A stretch of 58,329 nt of DNA, counting the filler, from Platydemus manokwari (Eukaryota): NCBI GenBank assembly GCA_037951405.1. It is 4 parts of 4 records of this genome, joined end to end, with 100 filler letters (N's around TTAATTAATTAA, not from the genome) between each part and the next. Parts side by side here need not be neighbours in the genome. Positions count along the whole stretch, not along the records: positions 45,223 to 58,329 come from JBBMOY011840278.1; 3 more parts are not named here. One strand, 5' to 3'. The notes under the pieces are model-generated. The model worked only from the letters and a program-made list of their open reading frames with translations. It was not told the origin of the DNA and did no database searches. A program made the translations under genes and the position numbers. Below, piece after piece: positions 46,609 through 58,329 of this stretch. Within the stretch, counting starts at the first letter, position 1. Each line of letters opens with the position of its first letter.

Positions 46609-48939
46609 AAAGAAATAATCTCAGTTCATATCGGTCAAGCTGGTGTTCAACTCGGTAGTGGTATCTGGGAATTATTGGCAGCAGAACACGGTGTCGGCGC
46701 CAATGGTATGTGCGGTACTTTGGATGATGATATTGCATTGAGAGGTATGAATCGATTCTTTTATCAGACTTCTGAAAATCAAATTGTTCCAAGAGCTCTT
46801 TTTATTGATTTGGAACCCAATGTTGTAGGTTAGTTTTAAAAAATATATTGATTCTATAGTACTGTATTAATAAAATTTGACTTAGAAAGGAAGCAAATAA
46901 AGATTTATCTAATTCATGCATTTATGTATTTTCATTATGAGTATTGATCTCAACATTCGACATGTGAGTCCTTTTAGATCTTTGCCTTTAATTACTGGTA
47001 AAGTGTGATTTACTTCTAAATGGCATTGAATATAAGAAGTGGTTCTAAACAATGATCAATATTTTGTTCTAGCGCAGTTTTATTAATATATTGAAAATTT
47101 TTTAATAAGAAAATAACAAGTAGTTGTAAATATGAACACATCCATACTTAATATAATCTAAATGACTTTAAAAGAACAACTACAAAACTATTTTAGTTAA
47201 TCAGAAAAGTATGCATATGTCTGTTCAGTATTAGTATTAATAATATGCACAACTATTCTCATTAAATAAGCTAATAAATTTGATTGTGTGTATTATAAAA
47301 GAATAAAACATAAATCCTTTATAATAATATAAAAATTTAATAATAATTGGTGCTTTATTTTTATATTATTTATTTTCTATGGAAAGATGAGATAAAAGGT
47401 GGCCATTACAAAGAATTGTTCAGCACTGAATCGTTGATTTCTGGATTTGAAGATGCTGCCAGTATTTTTTCCAGAGGATATTTTTCTTTCGGTCGTTTTT
47501 TCATCAATGATATCATGAATAAAGTCAACCGACAAATCGAACTATGTGACAATCCACAGGCATTTTGCTTTACTCATTCTTCTGGTGGTGGAACGGGGTC
47601 GGGGATGTTTTCGTTAATAGTTGAAGAAATGGAGGACTTTACGAAAATAATGAAAATGGAACTCTGTATTCATCCGTCATTTCCCATATCTCCTATAATA
47701 GTCGAACCGTATAACAGTGTCCTCACGTCTCATTATACAATGGATAATACTGATATTTCATTTTTGATGGACAATGAAGCTCTTTATAATTTGGCTTTTA
47801 GGCATCTGGAACAGTCTCAAATGAATTACCATTTGATAAATCGAATTACATCCCAGTTGTTGAGTTCCGTTACTGCGGCCACCAGATTTGATGGACAAAG
47901 TGCAACGATTTCCGAATATTTAAACAATCTTGTCCCCTATCCAAGGATTCATTTCCCCATTTGTAGTCTTTCGCCAATATACAGTCCAAACAAACAGCTC
48001 CATTATCCAAATACGATTTATACAATAACTAAAGATGCTATGAGCCATGATTTTCAAATGATAAGATGTGTTCCAATGGATGGAAAATTCATGTCATGCT
48101 GTTTGATGTACCGTGGCGATATCAGTCCCGGAGAAGTGTATCAAAGCATCGAACGATTGAAATGCTATGATCGTATGCAATTTGTTGATTGGTCTCCTAC
48201 TGGAATTAAAATCACCATTTGCAACAGACCGGCAACGATTATTGAAAGAAGTGGTATGAGTTTTACCGGGAAAAGTTTGACAATGGTTTGCAATAATTCT
48301 TCAATTGTCGATGCACTTTTGCAGAATACTTTTCGTTTTCACATTTTATTTAAAAAGCGTGCTTTTGTTCATTGGTTCGTAGGAGAAGGTATGGAAGAAG
48401 AAGAGTTCAAAGATTCATTGGAAAACATAGCTTGCTTGGTGAAAGATTATGAAGAATGTGCCTATCCAACGAAGCTATTGCAAAACGCTTGTCAAGATGG
48501 AAACGATGATAAAAAATCTAAAAATCCACCATATCAACAGTCACCACTGGACCAACACGACAAACCACTTGAAGAAAAGGGTTCTTATCAAGGATTGAAA
48601 AGTTCCGACAATTCCGAACAAAACATTCAAGATGTCGAAGACAATCCATCCGGCCAGGAAAATAATGAAAATATCAATTACAATGTTTCCAATAGAAAAA
48701 TCATTGAGGATTTTATTTCGGAAGAAGTATCGCGGATCAGTTCATTTACAAATCCCGAAACATATTACGATGAGAATTCGAGACTGAATGTGATGAGGAA
48801 TTATTCGGCAATGGATGAATTGGAAGTTGTTTCACCGAATAATAATTGCGATATCATGAATCTATCATTGACAAGCACTCATAACAAACACAAACATAAA
48901 TCACATTCAATACAGGAAAGCTGTTATTTAGCTTTGTGA
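46609..48939 (+). CDS. Highly divergent alpha-tubulin with long C-terminal extension (~590 aa, initiator exon not identified)
   Basis: Exons 46609-46828 (KEIISVHIGQAGVQLG..WEL..EHG..VPRALFIDLEPNVVD) and 47387-48939 (HSSGGGTGSG, VEPYNSVL, DNEALY, LVPYPRIHFP, QFVDWSPTG, KRAFVHWFVGEGMEE, KDYEE). PYPRIHF and FVDW.PTG are alpha-type. Confidence 0.93.
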
Positions 48940-50369
48940 AAGTGGTTTATTTCTATCCCATTAAAAAACAAAACTGTCCATTATTTTTACCTTTTCCCCA
49001 AAATCCCATGACTACGAAAGAGATTATTTTTACACACACACACAAAAATCCGGAAATTATTTGAAATATTATATTTCATTCCAAATAATTATTATCATTA
49101 TATATTATTATTAGTTGATTGAATTGAATTCCATCAATCATTATTAAATGAAGCTGATGAATTGATTTCAGTTATATTTTTAAAATCTAAAAATATTTCA
49201 AAACTTTCTTTGAATTGTATTGATTGATTTTTTGGATATTTGAAGAAATAAAAACAGATATTTATTAACATTTCCAATCTATTTGTCTTTCATTTGATTT
49301 GAAGAAAACAAGTTTATTATAATATTTTAATATCGGCTATTTCATTTATTTTTCAAAATTATAACATTTTCGTACTACTTTCAGTTTTCAGTAGTACATT
49401 TGTAAGGGACTTTACTTTCTGAATTTTAATTGACACTAAATTTTCGCCATATCAGGTTTAATTTAGGAAATAATGGAGAAAAATAAAGAGAAAAGAGGAG
49501 TTAATCAACAATTGACTTAAGAAGAATAATTTTTGTGGTATCCAGTGTAGCAACAATGTCAATATTTTACATTATGAGATTAATGTTACTGTTAATCAGT
49601 AGATTAGATAAGTATATTAGAATTTGATTTATTATAAATTAGTAATAATAACAGATAGCAAAACAAATAATATGAAGCCATTATGCGTGAAACTAATTTT
49701 GTGATGATTTCACAAAATTTACTAAATGCATTGAGCTTAGGCCATCGCTGATGATTTTACTTCATGAAATTGATTTTTACCATTTACGCCTTCCTTAATT
49801 GTTTGATTATATCATAATCATAAAGCTTGAGTGAGTAATTGAACTTTTATTTTTAATGAATAATAATCTTTCAAATCTTGCGAATATAAATAACACAGTA
49901 GCAACATCAAATAATCTTTCATGATTAGATGACCCAACCTCATTGGTTGGCAAAGTCAATATCAAAATATGTCATTTATTTAGTAGTCTTTTAAATAAAC
50001 TTTAAATATGCTCTAATAGTTAAAATATTCTAATATGTTCTAGAAATATTCGATGAGAACAAAATTTTCATTGTCACAATTTTTTTTCAGTTGAATTTAA
50101 AAAAATAGTGCGAATTTACGGAATTTTGATCACCGACACAAAAATGATCTTCCTTGATTGTAAGTCATGTTCTGATTTCCTTACATAGCAATAACTCTGC
50201 TAATGCTTATTTTTCACAAAATACCATTTTGAAATAATGCATTTTTAAAATGTAATGAATCCTTTTGTTTTTTTGATAATATAAAAATTTGTATTTTCGT
50301 TTTTCAATCGATTATTAAAACAATTTTGTATAAAGCAAGTATGACCTTAATTAAATGAAAAACTATTTG

Positions 50370-50565
50370 TGTTGGGAAAACAGACAGACTGTTCTTCTAC
50401 TCGCATAATGAAGAATCTGAGAAAGAAGCAGAAATCACGGTGCATGGAAAAAAAATACCAACTCGGAGATAGCAAGATATCATACCAAAATAAAGAAACA
50501 TTAAGTGATAAATAAAGAATCAGATTGTGGTGTCAGAAATTAAGGCTCATAACACTTGGTAGCAG
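50370..50565 (+). mobile_element. Short LTR (~185 bp) followed by an initiator-Met tRNA primer-binding site
   Basis: TGTT...AACA termini (50370-50554) with internal AATAAA, then 2 nt later TGGTAGCAG, complementary to the 3' end of tRNA-iMet (...CTGCTACCA). Confidence 0.55.
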
Positions 50566-51958
50566 TGGCCCAGTCTAAAATAAGGATTTTTAAATTTTTT
50601 GATTTATAACCTTATTTTGGTTTTATTTTATTTTGCTAATAAACTTAGACAAATTTATTAAAATAGAAACCACACTGTTGAATTGCAGGAAACATCATAT
50701 ATAAAAATCACAATCTAAAATCTGTGACAAAAATATTTTCGGAAATTGCATAGTTGGTGAACTGGATTTTCAATCGTCACATGTAGGTATTGTTTAGATA
50801 GTTTCAAATTTAGTTCCACTTAACGAATGATCAATGATATTTACTTCTAATGATCAAGAAAAGGATGAATTGAATGTTGTAATATTACTAAGATTTACTT
50901 TAAAATCCTCCAACCACATATTTAACGAAAAATAGATAAAATCAAGTGTTTTGTTGCCTTTAATAATTAGCATTTTATTCTCAGCAATTTGTTCCCAGCA
51001 TCATTACCTTTTAAATTGCATCTTTACTAAAGGTTGTATTAAAAAATTAATTACTCCATCTTTTAACATGCTTGGAATGTATAATTGAAAAATATTCAGA
51101 GAGAACATGTAGTTAAAAGTAGAATCAGAAATATTGTTTAATTAATTTTGATGATAATATCGTAACCTTGGTTTTAGGATCGAAATTGAAGCTTTTATGC
51201 TAGGCATTATGAAACATAAATACACCATATTAACAAATTGACGAACAGTAGGAACAAATGAAGTACGAAATTGACGGTTATAGACGCAAGTGTCCGTCAA
51301 CGTGTTAAAAAAGAACCTAATTCATGCATTAGGTTCATACTTTCAGAAGAATTGATAAATTTACCCTAAGTCATTTTTAATCTTATTAATTTATTATTTC
51401 ACATGTAAAAATTTCATTCAATAAAAATGCAAAACACATCGACATTCTTGACAATACCAACTTAAGAGATATTTTGAATTAATTCCTGCTAATATTCCCG
51501 ACTAAATTTGTCCACAACTTTCTACTTGTTCGAATTTTTCCAACCAGTTTTCCAAATATAGAATAAGCACTTCGTCGCAAAACATTTCAGTCCATAATGA
51601 TAATTTGGATTCAAATCAATATCAAAGCTGTTGTTGTCAAAGCAACTCTTCATACTCTATTTGATTGTAAAATAATTCCTAACTATTCAACGATAAAATA
51701 ATCCGTATTTTACACGATTTCAAACATTCGACAATAAAATGAAAATGAAAATTTTCAAACAAAACCAATTACATAATCCCATTATTTCATGATCAATCCA
51801 ATCAAATGAGCACACCAAGAATTCAGTCAACATCATGTATATATGCGGACAAGTTTCTGCGACATTCCATTGAAATTCATAGAACAGTATTTTAAAAATG
51901 CGCAGACCGATTCCATAATAAATAAAAAAAACCATTTCATACACGTTTATTGGATTTG

Positions 51959-54900
51959 TTAAAGAGCTTGGAAGTTTGGAGAAAGACTGGATAAATTATC
52001 TAAATCATTGGTTTTATTTTCATCGATCGTCGTACAACGACTGGTAACCATGCTCTCGCTTTCTTCAACAATCGGTGTACCGAAGGGATCATCAATATTG
52101 GTTATTAAATCGAGTTTTTTCAATTCAGATGGCGTCAATTTATTCATTGCTCTATCCCATTCATCAAAATTCACATACGCTGTGATTGGGGTTATATTAA
52201 ACGTTGGACCCAATTTAAAGCCTTGGCATGAATCCTAGTAAAAATATAGAAAATCAATTGATCATTCAATTCGTATCAATTGAGATTTCTGTCAAAATAT
52301 TATCACATTATCAAAATATAAACTAAAAAGATTAATATTTTTGATTTGGGTTTTATTGAATTAAAATATTCCAGTAAGGATTGAAATTTAGTTTTTCATA
52401 TTTTAGTTTACTGGAATAAGAAAACTCCATTAACCCTTTCAATACGACTTTTGGCCAGTGAAAATATTTTTGTATTACTGAACTATATGTCTATATATAA
52501 ATAAAGAAACATATTTACATAATTTCAGATTTTTAGAAAATATGGTTTTTTGAAAAAATGTCTTGGGACACATATGTCCCTGCAGTAGTTCAATGCGAAT
52601 ATTTTTCACATCAGTAATTTTTGAACATGCTCTGGGACTTATATATCCCCGCAGTATTGAAAGGATTAAAGAACCTCAATTATAATTGGAAACCACAACA
52701 TACTGCCATGTAATTGCAATCTTTAGATTTATTTTTATAAAATTATTATTCATAAACTTAATAATTAAGCATTTCCCTTATAAGAATATTAATTCTACTC
52801 AACTTTTTAAACAAAGGGAAACAGGCAAATTTCAACGGAGAATTACGCCATTGGAATTTAGATACACAAAAGACATTAGCATAGGTATTGGAAATTAATG
52901 CCTTCTAATATTAATAGAAGCTCATAGAAGCCAAGCGGTTTCCAGATAAAATATTTCCAAATCACTGCTGATATCGAAATTTATATGTAGCGGTTTTCTA
53001 ATCATTTACATAATTGAGAACCTCAAATCTACCAACTCTACAGGTGTTCAGTGATATATTCAAATGTAACCGTCTATAATAGTGCTTAAGTAGCATAATA
53101 ACATATCCTTCATAATATTAGGGGAAATATTTATTCTAATTGTAAGCCGCCACTATTTTATAAAAAACGCATCGAAAACAAACTTAAAAGACTCGACATT
53201 CAATTTTATTCAAAGATAATTATTTAAACAAAATAAATAAAATTCAATATCAAATAAAATTTAATATCAAATAAAATTTAACATCGAATAAAATCTAAAA
53301 TAAAATAAAATTCAAATTCAATTTAAATTCAAACTCAATTTGATATTCTCACACTAATAATATATACTTATACTGCATCGGATCCCAATCCCGCAAGTCT
53401 CATTTTAAAAATACTTCATTTTCAAAATGTTTGTTATTTTCAGTAACACAAAGACCAAACATTTCTCAATAACCAGGGGACAGTTCACTACATAACCCTT
53501 CATCAACACCACGGAGTACGTCTCAAATTCTATTTTCAAGATCATCTAAGGTTTAAGAATGACTCTGATACAGCGATTCTTTTACATAACCAAAAAGAAT
53601 GAAATCTCATGGTGTTAAGTTAGGTGATCTCAGGAGCCACCACTTCAGAAGATTTCTTTGGTTACCAATCTAAGAAGAAATGCAACAGAGCTCAGTTCTA
53701 TATGAATACACCTACATCCTACAAACTTAGAAGCATGGATAGATAATTTCAACAGTGGTCCTGAAGATATAGGTACCAGTAATGCATTGTTCCAAAATTC
53801 TCTACAAACAACCGTATCGATTTATGGATTTCATAAGAGAATTTGTTTTTTTAGAGATTAATAAACACTATGATGATTAACTGATCTATAAACATACAGT
53901 TTGGCTTCATCTGTTCAAATAATTCGTGCGTTTGAGGATTTTTGTTGTAGCAAAGCAATGAAATATTCACAGAAGCTGGATCATCTCCATTACACTCTTG
54001 AGGCAAAGAAAAAATGACAACTAAATACCAAGATTCTTAAATGATTTTGGTATGAAGAAAAAATCACTTTTTTTATTAACAGTATCTGCAATCTCACCAA
54101 TTTTATTGTCATAATTATCATCACAAGTTTTGTCGTGTGCTTTTCGTGAAAATCATCAAAACAAATTTCTGTTTAACAAAATTATTCACAACAAAGAAGT
54201 CCTCTTTCGTAGTTTGAAAAGACTCTCATTAATCAAAGAGTCTACAGAATTTGAATTTTAAACTTACTAGAATTTAGTGCGATACAACAAATTCCATTTT
54301 TAAAATATTCAATGAATTCATGCACGTTTATATTGGAGAAGGAGTTCGCTGTGTGACACCCTTTATTTAAATAATCACCGAATGTATTTAATATTAAGAA
54401 TTTTTAAACAAAAATACTCTTTTTTGTGATTTAATGATTTTTAACGCTATTCTAAAAATTTTGGAATGAATTTGGTGCTTTTTACAAACGGTCTCCCCTA
54501 ACTTATCCATAATATTAAAAGATTCTAACGTATTAATAAAATAACAATTAGTTTAGTGATCAGAGGAATCCATCAATCACACTTGATAATAATATGTTCG
54601 AGTTAAAGTGAAATATGATTAAATTGATTGGAATGTGTTATCCCATATATTTATTGAATGAATCAAATAAATATTTATTGTTTTACTCGTGAATATGAGG
54701 TTCATTTCGACCTTTTCGGTCTTTTGTGGTACTATTTTCTGCTTGTTTGAGAGTTAATAATTCATGAAATGCAAATAAATAATATGAAATATGATTACTC
54801 GTGTATTTAAGGAATCCAAACTATCATTGGTGCTTGGAACCTGAAAATAATGAAATAAATATCACATGAAATCATAAATATTCAAAACAAATACATTGGA

Positions 54901-57824
54901 TACATTTTTTTCTACAATTTCGAATCCATTTGAATCTTCTTTCGTAACATGGGTATCACTCAAATGTGCCGATATATCAACGACAAACAGACTCAAATCA
55001 TCATGTTGAGAATATTCGACGGATTTACAATCTTTACCCATTAGATCTTCGTATTGTTCGTGGCACTTTTTTTGTTCATTGACATAAAAGTCCAAAACTT
55101 TCTATTTAGAATAATTATAATTACAGAAAACTATAATTAAAATGATGAAAATATTCTGATCCAAATTGTTAATTGTAATAAACATTGAAAATAAAGAATC
55201 GCAATACATTTCCTGAATAGTGATCAAAATGCATTAAAATGAAAACAAATAAAAAATATTTTAAAATTCTTAATTAAGAGTACCAAATAGGATTTATTAT
55301 ATTAATAAAAGCAACAAGTCGTGCAAATCCATTGGAAACAGTGAAGTGAAAACGATATCGTAAAAATTAAAACCTGAAATAATAATAATTTTTCTAGATT
55401 GATTTACCGTATTAGCCAAATCTCAATATTTTTAAAATTACATTTATTTAAGACCGCGATAATATGGTGATTTACAATTTTTCAATAAAACGAATGACTC
55501 TTGTTTTCAACAGTATTAAAGGGGAAAATCCTCGTCTTATATACAGACTGATAAGGTAATTATCGACAATTGATATGGGGAACCATTTCTGGTTCCAGAA
55601 GTATTTATAACACTGGACATTTGTTTTTTGTTCACAATTATAATTAAATCTATTTTCATTGAATAATTTTTTAAAGTGCAATTTAAATCGATTTCAGAGA
55701 TCTGGTTTAAAATAAATTTCTTAAATATTGAATGAATCAACAACCTATAATAAAATAAAATACAATATCACACAATATTACGATATTAAAGATAATATGA
55801 ACATTCATTAAAATAATAAAGCATTTCATTTATAATGACAATTTTTATCTCTTTGAAAGCCAATAAAATCTGTCAAACTCAGGTGCCTTGATTCATTTTG
55901 TCCTTGAAAATCCACCAATCAATTCCGATTATTTTAATAATCCTATTTGGAAGATTATCATGAAAATATATTTCAAATATTTTGAACATTAACAAATGTT
56001 GTTAAATATCGTAATTAGATCTTGTAACTATAAAACAGAGTTATCATCATTTGGTTATAGTTCTTCTTTTTTAATGCTTCTCTAGTAGATCAAATAAAAG
56101 TTATTCATGAATTTTTGGATTAATTTGAAAATAAAAAATAAACACGTCGTGCCTAATTTTTCCATCTTATACATTTGCAAGAGACAATTAAAGATGATTG
56201 TTTGATTTTATACTATTCCGTGCTTTTGAAATCCAAACCACAATATGATTTATAAATCTAATTTTGATGTACTTTATAATGCCTTGATCACGAAGTTGAA
56301 TAAGAGATGATGTGTCTTATGGGGAAAAAATTCAATCATGTTCATTTCAAAGTTCTTTCATTGAATATGCTCATTATCTAACAATAATAATATGATTTTA
56401 TGTCATTCTGTTTTCAATCAATTGTTTAAATTGTTAACCAATTTTCAAAAATTGTTAGTCTCATATCAAAACTTTGTATTCCAAATGATGTAACTTTTCA
56501 ATGTTAAAATGTTTAAAATATCTGGGTTTTTTTGACTTGTATATTTTAAAAATCACCAATTTTGCTCCTGACATATTAACTCCCAAAAGGCATAGTTGCG
56601 TGATCTGGAAAATTTACCACACGACCTATCTTTCATTCTCCAATAATTCTTTTGGACATTATCATATGGATTAAAAGAAAAGAATTAAGCCAGCTATTTG
56701 ATATATTAAGAACATGATTTTCAAAGTACTCTGCTAAATTTAACGCATTTTGTTGCAATAAATAATCATTGATATTAATATTTCATAACCACTGAATAAA
56801 TGTGATTTTCTTATCTGTTTGACATTCAAATTTTAATTCTAAACGGAATCTTTAGATTTCACAGGATTATTTATGCAACTTAATGAGAGATTGTATTTGA
56901 ATTAAATAAAGCGTAGAGAATAAAAATTATCTTCATCAAATAATGTGGCCTTGTAATTTGGATCTATATAAATAATTTTTTGGGTAATATATGAATTGTT
57001 CTTATATTCTGGCCAATATGGTATAAAATATAATAAAGTATAATATTCAAAAATATTTTAAAAACTAAAATGAGAAATTCAATATTTTATATACAATCAG
57101 ATATTTTCATATAAAAATGATCAGCCTATAGATAATTTTCCTATCCAAACATATGTAAGATGGTAATATATTGATACAAAACTAGTTATTAACGATTGTT
57201 TTCCTTTCTTAAAATCACTTATTATTCCAAATGTAAATTCTCAGTGGAAAAGACAAACACGCAAATGGTAGCATATTGATAAAATCGAATTTAATTGTTA
57301 GATTGGTCTTGGTTTAAATTTTAAAAAAATCGCTCGTTTTCAATGTTTTTTTGTTCAAATTTTCGGAAATAAAAGCTAGCATTCCCACAACGTTCTTATT
57401 TATTCTAGAGGTGGCCAGTCATAATTTGGCCCGCATTAAATAACACGCATGAGGTAATGAATGTAAAGAAATAAATGTGTACTGGATAAGTAGATATCAT
57501 TTGACCATTATTTAGCATATAAGATAAATAATTATATAAAATCATCATTTAAATAAATAAAATATAAAATTATTAGAAAAAATTATATTTAAAAACATGC
57601 CATTTACCTTGCATAACTGACTCAGTGAATCATTGGGATTTTCGTTTTTCAATTCAAAGAATTTCCTACTAATTTCACCAGGAATTTTATCAGTGTCATA
57701 TGTATACTCTCGAACCAAATAGAATAGACCACTCGATACCAACAGAATATGCGTGTAATTATTTTCCAATGGGATGAATTTATCACTCTGTGGTGTACAG
57801 ATCAATGGACTGGACAAGGCATGA
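51959..57824 (-). CDS. TAB1: TAB1 (TAK1-binding protein 1) PP2C-like pseudophosphatase, 3' exons
   Basis: Exons 57824-57608 (SPLICTP...HILLVSSGLF), 55101-54904 (KVLDF...QHDDLSLFVVDI), 54840-54799, a possible small exon near 54690-54740, and terminal exon 52234-51959 (ITAYVNFDEW). These parallel human TAB1 PIIAEPE, FLVLMSEGLY, RHEDMTLLV and the TAK1-binding PYVDFAEF. Confidence 0.75.
52434..52665. mobile_element. piggyBac-family non-autonomous MITE in TAB1 intron
   Basis: TTAA TSD on both sides (52430-52433, 52666-52669). TIR CCCTTTCAATAC / GTATTGAAAGGA. Two palindromic subterminal repeats: gggacacatatgtccctgcagta and gggacttatatatccccgcagta. Confidence 0.8.
53236..53320. repeat. 17-bp minisatellite, ~5 copies
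   Basis: Unit AATAAAATTYAATATCA repeated with drift. Confidence 0.7.
53440..54365 (-). mobile_element. Degenerate Tc1/mariner transposase (WPPRSPDL type)
   Basis: I*TDEAK near 53910, WLLRSPNLTP*DF..GYVK near 53585-53640, LDDLENRI and terminal KHFEN. An AAGGGTGTC end-like motif lies near 54360. Confidence 0.7.
56150..56900 (-). mobile_element. Degenerate pogo/Tigger (DDE_1) transposase
   Basis: Minus-strand fragments NMSGAKL, KSKKPRYFK, IFENWL, ILLLLDN and TSSLIQLRDQGII match the pogo DDE consensus order. Confidence 0.65.
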
Positions 57825-58329
57825 CTAGATAATATTTTGTTTTAACGAATCGTTAATCGATTAAATATTTCGAACATCGATTGGAATAATAAGTTTATTT
57901 TGTAAGTAGTTTATAACTTGAGATATTTTTGATTGGCCAAGGGCTTTTAAACTTTCGTTGAGGTATTGATTACACGTATAAGGTTAGAGAAGCTGTGAAA
58001 TGCACCTTTAGATATGAATCATATAAAATGATAACGTATATTAGTTGCACAAATTTCTTTATTCGTGATATTTAAATCAAAATTCATGTTAACAACGGAA
58101 CAAAAATATATATTTGCCAATACATCAATTTCTCAATCAAATTTTAACTATTAGATTTAAATGATTTCCGTCTGATTTGTCTTCATTTTTAATCCAAATA
58201 TAAAAATCTCCACATTTTTATATTACAGCTTATTTTTTTAAGATTTAAATTTTATTTTTAATAATTTTAATATTGAGAGTTTACCAATAGATATTAGCAA
58301 GATCTCTTTATACATATTAATATGACATA

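Noticed and set aside
46595-46792. Minus-strand ORFs overlapping genes (46595..46792, 18862..19047, 24279..24479, 31373..31582) and plus-strand ORF 52008..52238
   Set aside because: Antisense to well-supported exons, with no independent evidence.
53236-53320. Repeat array as a possible CRISPR
   Set aside because: Contiguous tandem units with no spacers, in eukaryotic intronic DNA.
54895-54903. GTATCC donor in TAB1 resembling a U12 intron
   Set aside because: Continues AATG rather than TT, and no U12 branch site was seen.
55472-55743. Two overlapping minus-strand ORFs in a TAB1 intron
   Set aside because: TAB1 exons 57608 and 55101 join in frame and match the family without them. No recognisable motif.

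Overview
AT-rich (roughly 70-75%) animal genomic DNA with many GT-AG introns of about 45-60 nt. A free-living flatworm (planarian) origin is inferred from composition and gene and TE style, not proven. The window is four sequence blocks joined by artificial 100-nt spacers (44N-TTAATTAATTAA-44N), plus one plain N gap, so adjacency across spacers may not be biological. Genes reconstructed by hand: a complete 11-exon clan-3 cytochrome P450 (minus, ~508 aa) with a decayed NeSL/Utopia-type RLE retrotransposon and a mariner fragment in its introns; the C-terminal ~600 aa of a GW182/TNRC6 protein (minus); the C-terminal part of a UBR1/UBR2 N-recognin E3 ligase (plus); the C-terminal part of zinc transporter ZnT5/SLC30A5 (plus); the 3' end of a Gab/DOS/FRS2-like docking protein (minus); a very divergent alpha-tubulin with a 160-aa tail (plus); and the 3' part of a TAB1 pseudophosphatase (minus). 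TE relics include Ty3/Gypsy, Tc1/mariner, pogo/Tigger and piggyBac-type MITEs. Two oddities stand out. First, GW182 and UBR are both intact but lack 5' ends and sit back to back about 1 kb apart with no gap. Second, the alpha-tubulin has an altered T7 loop, a long tail and no obvious encoded initiator Met. No new system can be demonstrated from sequence alone.
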